Made by a program: the position numbers and the translations under genes. Positions 28,266 to 44,680 of a stretch of DNA of 64,000 bases are shown one piece after another. Below the pieces are notes generated by a model. That model ran no database searches. It saw only the letters and a program-made list of their open reading frames with translations, and was not told where the DNA came from. Source of the stretch: Candidatus Omnitrophota bacterium. Lineage in GTDB: Bacteria; Omnitrophota; Gorgyraeia; Zapsychrales; Fredricksoniimonadaceae. Location: contig CAWHFJ010000013.1 in the NCBI GenBank assembly GCA_963828495.1, positions 135,952 to 199,951 of the forward strand. The letters are read 5' to 3'. Position 1 is the stretch's first letter. The number at the start of each line of letters is the position of its first letter.

Positions 28266-30704
28266 TTTGCGCATCAGCTGCTTGCTTTTCTAAATCTGCA
28301 ATAGAAGCAGCAGCTTGAGCGGCAGGAACTGCTGCAGCAGCTTGTGCATCGACCACCTTTTGCTGAGCAGCAAGTTCATCATTGGCCGCTGCACTGGCAG
28401 CCTCAGCTTTCTTTACGCCATCTTGAGCAGCCTTAACTGCTTCGGAAGGTGCTGCTACTGGAGGAGCAGCTTGAAGAGCCCCTAGTTCTTTCTCTTTCGC
28501 GGCTGAAGTAGCGGTTGCGTCAGTTGCGTTTGTTTCAGCCTCTTCTTTACTTTTACTCTTTTTTCTCCCGAAGAAAGACAACAATCCTGCCAAACCAAGC
28601 CCCGCAACTAAAGCTATAAATGCGCCTCTCCACCAATCTCTTTCTTGAATAGCGTCCTTAGCGGCTTTCCGTGCAGCATCAACCTCAGCTTGCTTATCCT
28701 TGAGCTTCTGTTGGAAAGCTTGCTGGTCAGCAGCCCGGGCTTTTTTCTCCTGATCAAGGGCTCTTTGAAGATCCCTGTTTTTCTCTTGAGCTGCCCTAAG
28801 ACTGTCTCTCAGCTTTGCATTTTGTCTTTGTGCGTCTCGAAGTCTATCAATTTGCTTCTGTAATGCAGCTTGCTGATCTGCTGCTGCAGTTTTCATTTGA
28901 TCTCTTAATTTATTTATTTCACCAGTTAAACTCGCTTCCCTGGCATCGGCCTCACGTCTTTGAGTATCTAAATTAGCTCTCTGTGCGGCCAGATCATCAC
29001 TATATTTTTGTTGTAAAGCAACGAATGCCGTATTTTGCTCATTAATCCTGTTGTTCAATGCTTTTATCTCCGCATTAAGTTGTGCTATCCTCGTCGCATT
29101 CGCAGCGTTCGTAGCTATCTCAGCATCCAGAGCCGCCTGTTTTTGTTGGAGCTGTGTACGTAAACTTGCTATGGTCCCGTTAGCTTTATTCAACAAATCA
29201 CGGTCTGTCTGTATTCTACCATCAATCGACTTTGCTCCCGCCTTCCCTTCATTGATGGTAGCTTCACCCAACCCCGCAATCCTGCGGCCTCCGGCTCCGA
29301 CCCCTCTTTTAATTTGCCCGCCTACAGTTTCCACCTTTTGTGGTAGGTGATTAAAGGGGTTCTGGATAACCCTAGGCTGAGCCTGAGCACCAACTCCAAA
29401 TACTAAAAGGCCGACACCTGCCATTAGAAACCTCTGAAAACGATTAGCCTTCATCGCTTTCTCGACATTTCCAACAAAAGCCCCAACTTCCGGATTATTG
29501 GCAGGAACTGGTTTAACCAAATCGATGGCTACCGGCATAGCCCCACCCGAAAAATATTTCCTTGGAATAGTCTGTCCATCCGGGGTTGCGTCTTCCCTTA
29601 TATAGTTAAATACACCCTTCTTGTACGCTCTTAAATACTGCTGATAAATCTTCTCCCTTGCCTGCGGGTCGCTGACCTTCTGCCCCGCGATCTTGGATTT
29701 GTTGGCGAAAACCTGGCCTAAAAGACTTTCTCTGAGGGTCTTTTTAAACCATGTGGCCATAATCTCCGCGCTATAGGCTTGACGGACCGCGGCAAAGCTC
29801 TTGCCGTCGTTGACTTCCTTCTCAATGGCCGGGATAATGATTTGCACGGACAATGTCTGAGGCCATCTTGGTCCTGGCATCCTTGGACTGATCTTGAAGG
29901 GCCCGGGCATTGCCGAACTGTTCCTTATTCTTTTCAATGGCCATGAAATCCTGCTCCAACATGACCTTCAAATGACTCTTCACTAAAAACGCGGTGTCGT
30001 CTTTTTGATAAATGTCGGCCTTATCTGCCACAATCCACACTTTGTTGAAAGTATTAACATTAATATTAGTGGTGCCAAAACGGGCCTGGGCCTGGGCATA
30101 GACTTTAGTCCAGAATTCCTTGCCTAAGCCATTTTCCGGATACATCAAGGAAGCTGTGAACTGTTTGAGAATATAGTCCTGCGCTAAAAGATCGCGGCCC
30201 ATTTCAGTTTGCCCGAAAATTTCAGGGATGATGCGATTGGACTCATAAGGAGAAAGGTTGACCCACATGTCCTTATTAGGCATGGCCAGGGACACCAGGA
30301 AGTATTTAATAATCTTATTAAATTCTTCTTTCTGAACATCACTGGGCATAGGGGTTTCGCCCTGATCCATAATGAAGTTGAAACTAAACGGGTCTTTAAG
30401 ATCGATCTTAAGGCCCACCATCTGAGGAGGCTCAAAATGGTTGGTGACATGGATCATCTGGCCCGGAGGCGTCATCACAATGGACACCTGCGCGTAGCTT
30501 GGTTGAGCCGGAAGCAGCCCAACAAAGGCGACTAATACCGTCAACGCAATAAAGCGGAATAACGGGGACTTCCTAAAGGTGGCTGTATTCATTCTTTTCT
30601 CCTTGTTAAAATAGACAATTTCAAAGTTATACCAACAGATAATAGGGTTTTAGAAAACTTTCAATTTAAACTCAAAAAAGGTTATAAAACCCTTCATTAA
30701 GCGA

Positions 30705-30734
30705 AGTATAACACATGGATTTTAAAAATGCCAA
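30705..30734 (-). promoter_or_regulatory. promoter TTGGCA-17-TTATACT (extended -10 TGtgTTATACT) upstream of family member A
   Basis: Minus strand reads TTGGCAtttttaaaatccatgTGTTATACT. It predicts a 5' UTR of about 100 nt before ATG 30592. Confidence 0.4.
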
Positions 30735-30785
30735 TCTCAAAATGCAATCTTAATATTCTTAACTTGTTTATTCCCAGATAGTTAT

Positions 30786-30822
30786 AGAAAAACCCTGATA
30801 AAAAAATGTTCTTGTCAGGGTT
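30786..30822 (-). terminator. rho-independent terminator after tRNA-Arg / the pyrR-pyrB-pyrC operon
   Basis: Stem AACCCTGA/TCAGGGTT (30791-30798 / 30815-30822) with a 16-nt loop. The stem runs into TTTTTC on the minus strand. Confidence 0.6.
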
Positions 30823-30828
30823 TTTAAG

Positions 30829-30900
30829 CGCGCCCGGCGGGATTCGAACCTGCACTAGCAGCTCCGGAGGCTGCTGCCCTATCCATTAGGCTACGGGCGC
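30829..30900 (-). tRNA. tRNA-Arg (CCG), CCA not encoded
   Basis: Reverse complement is GCGCCCGTAGCCTAATGGATAGGGCAGCAGCCTCCGGAGCTGCTAGTGCAGGTTCGAATCCCGCCGGGCGCG. Acceptor stem GCGCCCG/CGGGCGC, anticodon stem GCAGC/GCTGC, loop CTCCGGA. One A-C mismatch in the T-stem. Confidence 0.85.
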
Positions 30901-30930
30901 AAAAATGAAGGGCCTAAGACAAATCGGCCC

Positions 30931-32207
30931 CTACGTTTTATAGACTATTTTCCCGCTGCAGATGGTGTATTCTACTCTGCCTTTTAAGGTCCTTCCTATA
31001 AACGGTGAATTTTTTCCTTTAGACACAAACCCTTCCTCAGAAACGGTCCATTCACGATCCGGATCGATGATCGTAATATCCGCGTCAAATCCCGGTTTGA
31101 TGGCTCCCTTATTGGCCAGCCCTACAATGCGCGCGGGAGCGCTGGACATTTTATCAACCATCTTCGGCAAATCAATAACCCCGGCATGGACTAACTCGGT
31201 CATCACCAACCCCAGCGAGGTCTCCAAGCCGATCAGTCCGAAGGGCGCCCCATCGAACCCCACCTCTTTGTCTTCCTTGGTATGCGGCGCATGGTCTGTC
31301 ACGATGCAGTCAATGGTCCCGTCGGCAATAGCGTGTTTAATCGCTGCCACATCTTCCTTGGAACGCAACGGAGGATTGACCTTAGTCGAGGTATCAAAAC
31401 CGGCACAGGCCTCATCAGTCAACGTAAAATGGTGCGGGCAGGCCTCAGCCGTCACTTGAATGCCCTGGGATTTGGCAAAACGGATCAACTCACAGGAACG
31501 TTCAGCGACATGTGGGCCAGATGCACCCGGGCATTAAGATAACGCGCTGTTTCAATATCGCGCGCCACTATCACTGTTTCGGCGATTCCCGGATCGCCTT
31601 TTAACCCTATTCTCGTCGATACCACACCCTCATTCATGACACCACCCGCGCTTAACAGCGGATCCTGGCAATGTTCGATGAGCAAAACATCCAGCATTTT
31701 GGCATATTCCATGGCCAACCTAAACAAGCGGCTGTTGACCACAGACTTGCCGTCGTCAGAAAAAGCCAGACAGCCTGCGGTTTTGAGCTCCGCCATGTCG
31801 GTTAACTCTGCGTCTGCCTGGCCCTTAGTGATAGCACCGATGGGGTACACATGGCATAGCCCTACACGCATGGCTTCCCGGATGACGAATTCCACCACCA
31901 TGGCATTATCAATGACGGGGTTGGTATTGGGCATACACATGATGGAGGTAAATCCCCCTTTGACGGCCGCGCGCGAGCCGGTTTCAATGGTTTCCTTGTC
32001 CTCATGGCCCGGCTGGCGTAAATGTGTGTGGATATCAATCAGGCCCGGCAAAACTTTTTTGCCCGCGGCATCGATGATTTCATGGTCAGCCGACGGCAGG
32101 CTGGGGGCAATTTGGGTGATTTTACCGTCTTCACATAAAATATCCTGTGGCTTGTTGCCGATTTTATCTGCGTTGACGATGATGGCGTTTTTGATCAATA
32201 GTCCCAT
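30931..32207 (-). pseudogene. pyrC: dihydroorotase, one frameshift as assembled
   Basis: LPGLIDIHTHLRQPG...TSIMCMPNTNP...ARVHLAHMS, then AERSCELIRFAKSQGIQVTAEACPHHF...VTDHAPH after a 1-nt shift near 31485-31500. Confidence 0.88.
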
Positions 32208-32210
32208 AGT

Positions 32211-33137
32211 TTACTCCGTTTTTGTCCCTAGCACCAAATACAATACCGCCATACGTACGGCGACTCCGTTGGTGACTTGCTCTAAGATGACCGACTGTTT
32301 GCCGTCGGCGACATCTGCGGAAAGCTCTACCCCGCGATTCGTCGGCCCCGGATGCATGACAATCAAATGGTTGTTCGCTTCATCTAATCTGGATTGATTG
32401 ATGCCAAATAATCTGGAATACTCGCGCATGGAAGGCAGAAATTTGTCCTGCTGGCGCTCTTTTTGCAAACGCAGGGCAATCACCGCATCCGACTCTTTTA
32501 AAACCTTTTTCAAATCATAACAAACCTCAACACCCATCTGTTCAATGCCGCGCGGCATCAAGGTCGCCGGGCCGCACACCGTCACCCGGGCGCCTAACTT
32601 GGTCAATCCCCAAATATTCGAACGCGCCACCCTGGAATGTAAAATATCGCCGACGATGCCTATTTTCAAACCTTCAATGCGGCCCAATTTTTCCTGCAAG
32701 GTGAACATATCCAAAAGCGCCTGGGTGGGATGTTCACGGCAGCCGTCTCCGGCGTTGACCACCGAACATTTCAGCCCCTGGGCCAGGATGAACACAGAAC
32801 CTGACAAGGAATGGCGCACCACCATCGCATCCACGTTCATGGCTTCAATATTGCGGGCGGTGTCCAGCAACGTCTCCCCTTTGCTCGTCGAAGAGACACT
32901 AGAAGCGATATTGAGCGTGTCCGCGGAAAGACGTTTGGCCGCCAGTTCAAAAGAAATGCGCGTGCGGGTGGATGCTTCAAAAAATAAAGTGACGACGGTC
33001 TTGCCGCGCAAGGCAGGCACTTTCTTGATGTCACGGCTGGAGACTTCCTTAAAAGATTTAGCGGTCTCCAAAATCAGCTCTATGTCCTGGCGGCTTAAAT
33101 CCTGAAGCCCCAAAAGATGTTTATGTGTCCACGCCAT
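32211..33137 (-). CDS. pyrB: aspartate carbamoyltransferase catalytic subunit
   Basis: FFEASTRTRISFE, STSKGETL, VVRH, HPTQAL and HPGP motifs. The ORF is intact. Confidence 0.92.
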   Translation of the reverse strand: MAWTHKHLLGLQDLSRQDIELILETAKSFKEVSSRDIKKVPALRGKTVVTLFFEASTRTRISFELAAKRLSADTLNIASSVSSTSKGETLLDTARNIEAMNVDAMVVRHSLSGSVFILAQGLKCSVVNAGDGCREHPTQALLDMFTLQEKLGRIEGLKIGIVGDILHSRVARSNIWGLTKLGARVTVCGPATLMPRGIEQMGVEVCYDLKKVLKESDAVIALRLQKERQQDKFLPSMREYSRLFGINQSRLDEANNHLIVMHPGPTNRGVELSADVADGKQSVILEQVTNGVAVRMAVLYLVLGTKTE

Positions 33138-33141
33138 AAAT

Positions 33142-37937
<4,796 letters not shown>

Positions 37938-37977
37938 TTTCTCCCTCTTTTTCCAAACAAATAAAAAGACCCGGTAA

Positions 37978-38007
37978 AATATAACATATTATTAGACGAA
38001 AAACAAA
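37978..38007 (-). promoter_or_regulatory. promoter TTTGTT-17-TTATATT (extended -10 TGtTATATT) upstream of family member B
   Basis: Minus strand reads TTTGTTtttcgtctaataataTGTTATATT, about 40 nt upstream of ATG 37937. Confidence 0.4.
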
Positions 38008-38027
38008 CCAGGGGACTTAATGAATAA

Positions 38028-38680
38028 TCAAATTAATAAAACAAATTCTCCTTGGGGGGCATGAAGGCTGAAGTGTTCGATAAGCCGGCTGGCCTTGTCT
38101 TTGCGGATTTCTTCAAATTTTTTAGTCAGTTCCCGGGCCACGACAATCACGGGATCATCTAAAACTTCCTGCATGTCTTTTAAGGTCTTGCGTAGTCGAT
38201 GGGGCGATTCATAGAAAATGACTGTCCCCTTCTGTCCTTTTAAAGCAGCTAATTTATGGCGACGGGCACCGCTTTTGGGCGGCAAAAATCCCTCAAACAC
38301 AAAACGGTGCGCCGGCAGGCCTGAAGCGGTCAACGCGCTGATGCAGGCACTGACTCCCGGAACCACAGTCATCGGGATATGATGTTCCTGGGCCAACCTG
38401 ATCAAGGGATAGCCCGGATCACTGATGCCGGGAGTGCCCGCATCGGAAACCAACGCAATGTGCTTGCCTGCCTTTAAAAGACCGATCAGCTGTGTTGCTT
38501 TCCTGCTTTGATTATGCTCAAAAAAAGAAGTCAGTGGTTTTTTAATCTGATACGCGTCTAAAAGAATTTGGGTATGGCGGGTATCTTCGGCGGCGATCAA
38601 GTCGACGGATTTAAGCGTCTCAAGGGCGCGTAGGGTGATGTCTTTGAGGTTGCCTATGGGGGTGGAGACAATGTACAGCA

Positions 38681-38681
<1 letters not shown>
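38028..38681 (-). CDS. rsmI: 16S rRNA (cytidine1402-2'-O)-methyltransferase
   Basis: MLYIVSTPIGNLKDITLRALETLKSVDLIAAEDTRHT...SDAGTPGISDPG. The ATG shares one base with the glmS TAA (TAATG). Confidence 0.9.
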
Positions 38682-40512
<1,831 letters not shown>

Positions 40513-40535
40513 AAGCTCGGAGATAATAATGAAGG

Positions 40536-40793
40536 TTATCCCGCTATGGGAGCTGGTTTAATGTTAACAAGCGTGATGACTTTATTGTAACCGTTTTTAC
40601 GGCGGGTAAAATAGACTTCGCCATCGCACGCGGCCGTCAAAGAACTACGGCCTATGACATTAAGACCGGGCTTCCATTGCTGCCCTTGACGGGTTAAAAT
40701 GGTGCCGGATTTAACCTTCTGACCTCCGGAAACTTTTATACCGGCGGTTTCCCAATAATATTTGCTGGAAATCCCTCCTACACGACCACCCAT
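40536..40793 (-). CDS. ribosomal protein bL27-like protein with a non-canonical N-terminus
   Basis: [45 protein letters not shown] aligns by eye with L27 [48 protein letters not shown]. The start is set at the internal ATG ([14 protein letters not shown]), which is preceded by GAAGGAG 8 nt upstream. Confidence 0.5.
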   Translation of the reverse strand: MGGRVGGISSKYYWETAGIKVSGGQKVKSGTILTRQGQQWKPGLNVIGRSSLTAACDGEVYFTRRKNGYNKVITLVNIKPAPIAG

Positions 40794-40909
40794 AGCTAAA
40801 ACTCCTTCTGTTCCCCCGCCGCTTGCCGCTAACGGCAGGCGGGACAATTCATAAATTAAGAAGGGTTCAATATACACTAAAACCGTTTTTTTGCAAATAA
40901 AATTGCGTT

Positions 40910-41723
40910 CTATCTCTCCCCGGCTAAAATCCGGTCGATCTCCTTTTTCAAACTACTGTCATCACGGGCCAAGGTTTTGCGGCCGTTTAAGAAAAATGTC
41001 GGGGTGCCGCGCACATCCGAACTCTGCACTAACTGCATATCCTCCTGGATCTGTTTTTCCCACTGAGCATCTTTATTCTTATAATCAGCCATCAATTTAT
41101 TATAATTCAATCCCAGCTTCTGGGCATATTCCTTGATTTTGGCATCGGAAACATCCCCGCCGTTTGTCCAACAAAGTTTCCATCATCTGCTGATATTTAC
41201 CTTGCTCATTGGCTGCCAGTGCCAGTTTGGCCGCCGGACGGGCATTAGGATGAAACGGCAGAGGGAAATTTTTAACAATCACTCTGACTTTATCCGGATA
41301 GGCCGCCAAGACACCTTTGACCAGCGCATAGAAACGGGCGCAAAACGGACATTGAAAATCGGCAAATTCGACCAAGGTGACCGGCGCGTTTCTATTGCCG
41401 ATAATCACAGAGTTGCCGGGATTGATGGTATAAACTTTATTGTAATCTTCGGACGGAGGCGCCGGAGGCTGTGCAGGTTGACCGGCGGCAGCAGTGCCTA
41501 TCTTCTGATCCATCTGTGTTAATTGATTTTGCAAATCTGCCAGACGTTTATCAAGATTACCGGAATTGTTATTGTTTAACGAAGCCAATTTCTCTTCAAT
41601 ATATCTTTGCCGGATGGCAATTTCTGAAATTTTGGCATTAAGAGGACTTAGGGCCACCCCCACGGAATTGCCAATGCCAATCAAAAGACCTACCCCCGCA
41701 AAAATGCCGATCAAAATAACCAA
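40910..41723 (-). pseudogene. DsbA-family thiol:disulfide oxidoreductase with N-terminal TM anchor, one frameshift as assembled
   Basis: N-terminal TM helix, a coiled segment, then VTLVEFADFQCPFCARF (CxxC motif). The C-terminal part ...GGDVSDAKIKEYAQKLGLNYNKLMADY...VRGTPTFFLNG continues in another frame, with an A-run near 41160-41170. Confidence 0.8.
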
Positions 41724-41837
41724 TAAAACAACAATAACATTATTCTTAGTTTTCCATAAAATCCTCCCCTGTTTAAACCCCTGCGCCTTTTAATATGGTT
41801 CATACTACATCAAATTAAAAATCTAAACAATAAGATT

Positions 41838-42680
41838 TTATAAATTAATGTGCCCGTAGTGTTCAATAATAAACTTCATGTCTGTCCAGCGCTTACGGCA
41901 GCCGAATACCGCCACCACCAAAATATCATTCCCTCTGGAAACATAGCCTACAAAGCATGACTGCGCTTCAATCGTATACCCGGTTTTACCAAAGACCTGC
42001 CTTTTCCAATTTAGAAAAAGGGATTTGTTGTGGGATTTTAAAAAGCAGCGATGCCCTTCCTTGGAATAAATAATGCGGTATTTAAAAGTAATCGCCTGCC
42101 GGAAAAAATCATTTTTAAGCGCTTGCGTGAAAATCAAAGCCATGTCAGCGGCCGTGGTGTATTGCGTGGCCCATTGGAAGGAAGCCCGTGAGGATTGGCA
42201 AAATGGCTGTGGAGCGCCCCCATCTGCCGGGCGCGGGCATTCATCATCTCCACAAATTTTTCCTGAGAGCCCCCTGCGGCTTCGGCCAAGGCTACGGCCG
42301 CATCATTGGCGGATTTAAGAATAAGCCCGTAAAGCAAATCACCGCACACGGTAACTTTCACCGGCTCTTAACCCCAGCTTGGTTTGCGGCACTTGGGTGG
42401 CACGCTCGCTGACGGTGACATATTGGTCCAAAGGCAGCTTCTCTAATACCAAGAGGGCCGTCAAAACCTTGGTGGTGCTGGCGGGAAAAACCTGGCGGTC
42501 AGCCCCAAAATCAAAATAGCGCAAATTGTGCGCGGGGTCCCAAAGAATGGCCGTATTGGCAGTCAGGCGATACGGTCTGTGCCTCGAATTATAAAAAGCC
42601 ATTCCTCCATCAGGAAAAGCCAAAACAGCAATCAGCCCGACAATAACGGACGCACGAAAGAATTTCAACATAGTCTGCAA
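41838..42680 (-). pseudogene. D-alanyl-D-alanine carboxypeptidase (peptidase S11), two frameshifts as assembled
   Basis: SxxK (PASTTKVLTA), SxN ([11 protein letters not shown]) and KTG (GKTGYT) motifs lie in three colinear fragments (track ORFs 42339-42680, 42134-42361, 41838-42143). Confidence 0.85.
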
Positions 42681-42723
42681 TATACTTATGAATAAAGAGT
42701 GACAGACACTATTTAATTTATCA

Positions 42724-43077
42724 CTACTTTTTCACGCTGTCTAACGCCGCCTGGTGCACGCATTCCAGGGCTTGGGCCACGGCTTGGGTAGGCATCAACA
42801 TGCCCCCTTCGGCCAGATTAATGCGCCAACCTTTGGCCGTGTAAAAAATCCCAATGCGTATATTCTGGGTCAAGGGCCCATCGCAGGCAATCACATGAAT
42901 GAGAGCAATTTTTCTCTTGGCATCATATACAATATCCTTAAATGCCACCGCCACCCCTTCACGGGAATAATCTTTAAAGTTAAAACCATCGGGATTGAAC
43001 TGCTCAATAAGATAGGTTTGCAAAGCGATGTCCTCCTTTATCGGCACAGACTTATGCGCCTTTTTGGTCAGCACCAA
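42724..43077 (-). CDS. hypothetical protein
   Basis: ORF with no family I recognise. The track start (43167) lies inside trmB, so I place the start at the in-frame TTG/GTG (43077 or 43074) just after the trmB stop. The start is uncertain. Confidence 0.4.
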   Translation of the reverse strand: MVLTKKAHKSVPIKEDIALQTYLIEQFNPDGFNFKDYSREGVAVAFKDIVYDAKRKIALIHVIACDGPLTQNIRIGIFYTAKGWRINLAEGGMLMPTQAVAQALECVHQAALDSVKK

Positions 43078-43087
43078 TTCATAAAAT

Positions 43088-43657
43088 TCACTGGTGCCCC
43101 GCCTCGACCCATTTTTTCTCGAATTTGGTCGCGTAACTAGCCGGGATCTTTTTGAATTCAACGGCAAATCCGGTGTCCTTGACGTGCTCCTGTGTCCAGG
43201 CGATATAAGGATAATGGTCCGTCACGATTTTTAAAACACCGCCCTGGACCAGCCGACTATTGACTACCTTCAAAAAATCTTCGGTAAAAAGCCTGTGTTT
43301 GGCATCGGATTTCTTGGGCCACGGCGGCGGGTAAAGGCAATGCACACGGCTGATCGTCTGCGGACTAAAGTACCTCTCAAAGCCCGCGCGCGCATCCAGC
43401 CTTAAAAGCCGCACATTGTCTTGGGCGACACGGCTTAATTTGCGCAAAGTCCTGTGAATGCGCTCGCAATACTGCTCAAAGGCCACAAAATTGACTTCGG
43501 GGCACTCTCGGCTTAAACGCTCCAAATATTCGCCATTGCCAAAACCGATTTCTACTTCCAGAGGATGGCTGTTGCCAAAAATCGCAGGCCAGTCCGTCGG
43601 ACGGCTCAAATCGCCATGGTTTAAAAAAGGCTTTAATGAAATATAAAAAGGCCTCAT
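43088..43657 (-). CDS. trmB: tRNA (guanine46-N7)-methyltransferase
   Basis: LEVEIGFGNGEYL (SAM-binding motif) and YPPPWPKK...HRLF. The start is at ATG 43657, which forms an ATGA overlap with the stop of the upstream lipoprotein frame. The track ORF (to 43954) fuses the two genes. Confidence 0.8.
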   Translation of the reverse strand: MRPFYISLKPFLNHGDLSRPTDWPAIFGNSHPLEVEIGFGNGEYLERLSRECPEVNFVAFEQYCERIHRTLRKLSRVAQDNVRLLRLDARAGFERYFSPQTISRVHCLYPPPWPKKSDAKHRLFTEDFLKVVNSRLVQGGVLKIVTDHYPYIAWTQEHVKDTGFAVEFKKIPASYATKFEKKWVEAGHQ

Positions 43658-44066
43658 GACGCGCTGTGCAAAGAATTCACTAAAGGCCAGCCGCGACCCA
43701 TCGAGTTTGCCGTCTTGAAAGACCAGCGGCATTAATTCATCGTCTTTCACAATCCCGTCTGCCTGACGGATGGCCTCAATGTAGTATTCAATGGTATACT
43801 CCCCACCTTTTATTTTCTCAATTCTATAGGGATTGGGAATGGTCAACGGCTGGTATTTATCCGACTCGAATGCATACCCTATGAGTAACTCTTGTCCCAT
43901 GATTTTATGGACTTGGGTCACCGTCATCCCTTCTTTGACTTCTTTCAAAGCCACTTTCGTTTAAAAGCACCTCTGGATGAACAGATGCCTGTACGGGATT
44001 ATAGACGGGGGCTGAAGCGCAACCGGTCAAGGCCAAAAACAGTAAAATCATAAAAGCATAACGCAT
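43654..44066 (-). pseudogene. small lipoprotein (SmpA/OmlA-BamE-like), two frameshifts as assembled
   Basis: MRYAFMILLFLALTGCASAP (lipobox LTGC), preceded by AAGGAG. It continues in another frame as KEGMTVTQVHKIMG...PLVFQDGKL. A further shift gives ...GRGWPLVNSLHSAS-TGA, overlapping the trmB ATG. Confidence 0.55.
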
Positions 44067-44155
44067 ACAACGCTCTCCTTTGAATTTTCCTTTGTCCCAA
44101 ATAATTAACCCTACCATTTAGATTTTTTATTATAATAGATTTAGGAAAATTTGCT

Positions 44156-44680
44156 ATGGAACTTTATTTCTTGCGGCATGCCATTGCAGTCGAACGCGGT
44201 CATCCCAAATACAAAGATGATGCCAAGCGCCCTTTGACGGCGCAGGGGGCTCAAAAAATGTATCACGCAGCCCGCGGCATGCGAGCGCTTGGGCTTTCCT
44301 TTGATGCCATCCTCTGCAGCCCTTATGCGCGCGCCCGACAAACCGCCCAAATCGTGGCCCGGGCCTTTGCACTAAAAAAGCCTGAACTACATTTTACCAA
44401 TAACCTTACGCCCGATGCTCCCTTAGCAAAATTATGTCAGGAAATCCGTACTCATTACCCCCAATGTAAAAATATCCTCCTGGTTGGGCACCAACCGCAT
44501 TTAACCGAATTGGTGTCTTACCTACTCAAAAGCAAAAACCCGATTCCCATTGATTTAAAAAAAGGCGGGCTTGCTCACCTGAGCTGGCCGACGCCCTACG
44601 GACATACACAGGCTGTCTTAAATTGGGTCCTGACCCCTTCCCAATTGTGCCTCATAAGCCCCAGGGCGTTATCTGATTAA
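44156..44680 (+). CDS. sixA: phosphohistidine phosphatase SixA-like (histidine phosphatase superfamily)
   Basis: MELYFLRHAIAVERG...RPLTAQGAQK...ILCSPYARARQTAQI...LLVGHQPHL. Confidence 0.8.
   Translation: MELYFLRHAIAVERGHPKYKDDAKRPLTAQGAQKMYHAARGMRALGLSFDAILCSPYARARQTAQIVARAFALKKPELHFTNNLTPDAPLAKLCQEIRTHYPQCKNILLVGHQPHLTELVSYLLKSKNPIPIDLKKGGLAHLSWPTPYGHTQAVLNWVLTPSQLCLISPRALSD

Larger units (their letters stand above)
26216..30592 (-). pseudogene. family member A: signal peptide, shared N-module, TM helices, long coiled-coil with 101-aa repeats, shared C-terminal GGI-x-L module; two 1-nt frame lesions as assembled
   Basis: Three colinear pieces. (1) 29822-30592: signal peptide ...PAQPSYA/QVS, then WVNLSPYESNRIIPEIFGQTEMGRDLLAQDYILKQFTASL. 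(2) 26386-29937: IEKEVNDGKSF...PRKYFSGG, a TM helix and Ala/Gln/Lys-rich coiled coil. (3) 26216-26401 in the same frame as the N-piece: GGINLSDEHQVINIKVDGAGMPLPPRYQDKAMLNLNGLTSIIRRITP...LMK*. Frame changes lie near 29844-29848 and 26402-26425. Confidence 0.8.

Noticed and set aside
26402-29848. Both frame lesions of family member A fall exactly at the borders of the shared N- and C-modules. The 3.4-kb cargo is in a different frame from both ends. I considered scars of a cassette exchange.
   Set aside because: Each junction is explained by a single-base indel in a short run (near 29844-29848, and GCCAAGACC near 26405-26415). Such indels are common throughout 17.6-44 kb. Compensation of +1 and -1 is expected by chance about half the time.
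31636-33105. Long plus-strand ORFs (31636-32397 at 253 aa, 32545-33105 at 186 aa). Similar ORFs lie opposite other genes, e.g. 22001-22519, 30962-31459, 21095-21523, 53905-54324 and 59268-59690.
   Set aside because: All lie antisense to genes with clear homology (pyrC, pyrB, pyrD, pyrF, the giant ORF). Their translations are low-complexity Ser/Pro/Ala/Arg-rich shadow sequences with no recognisable motifs.
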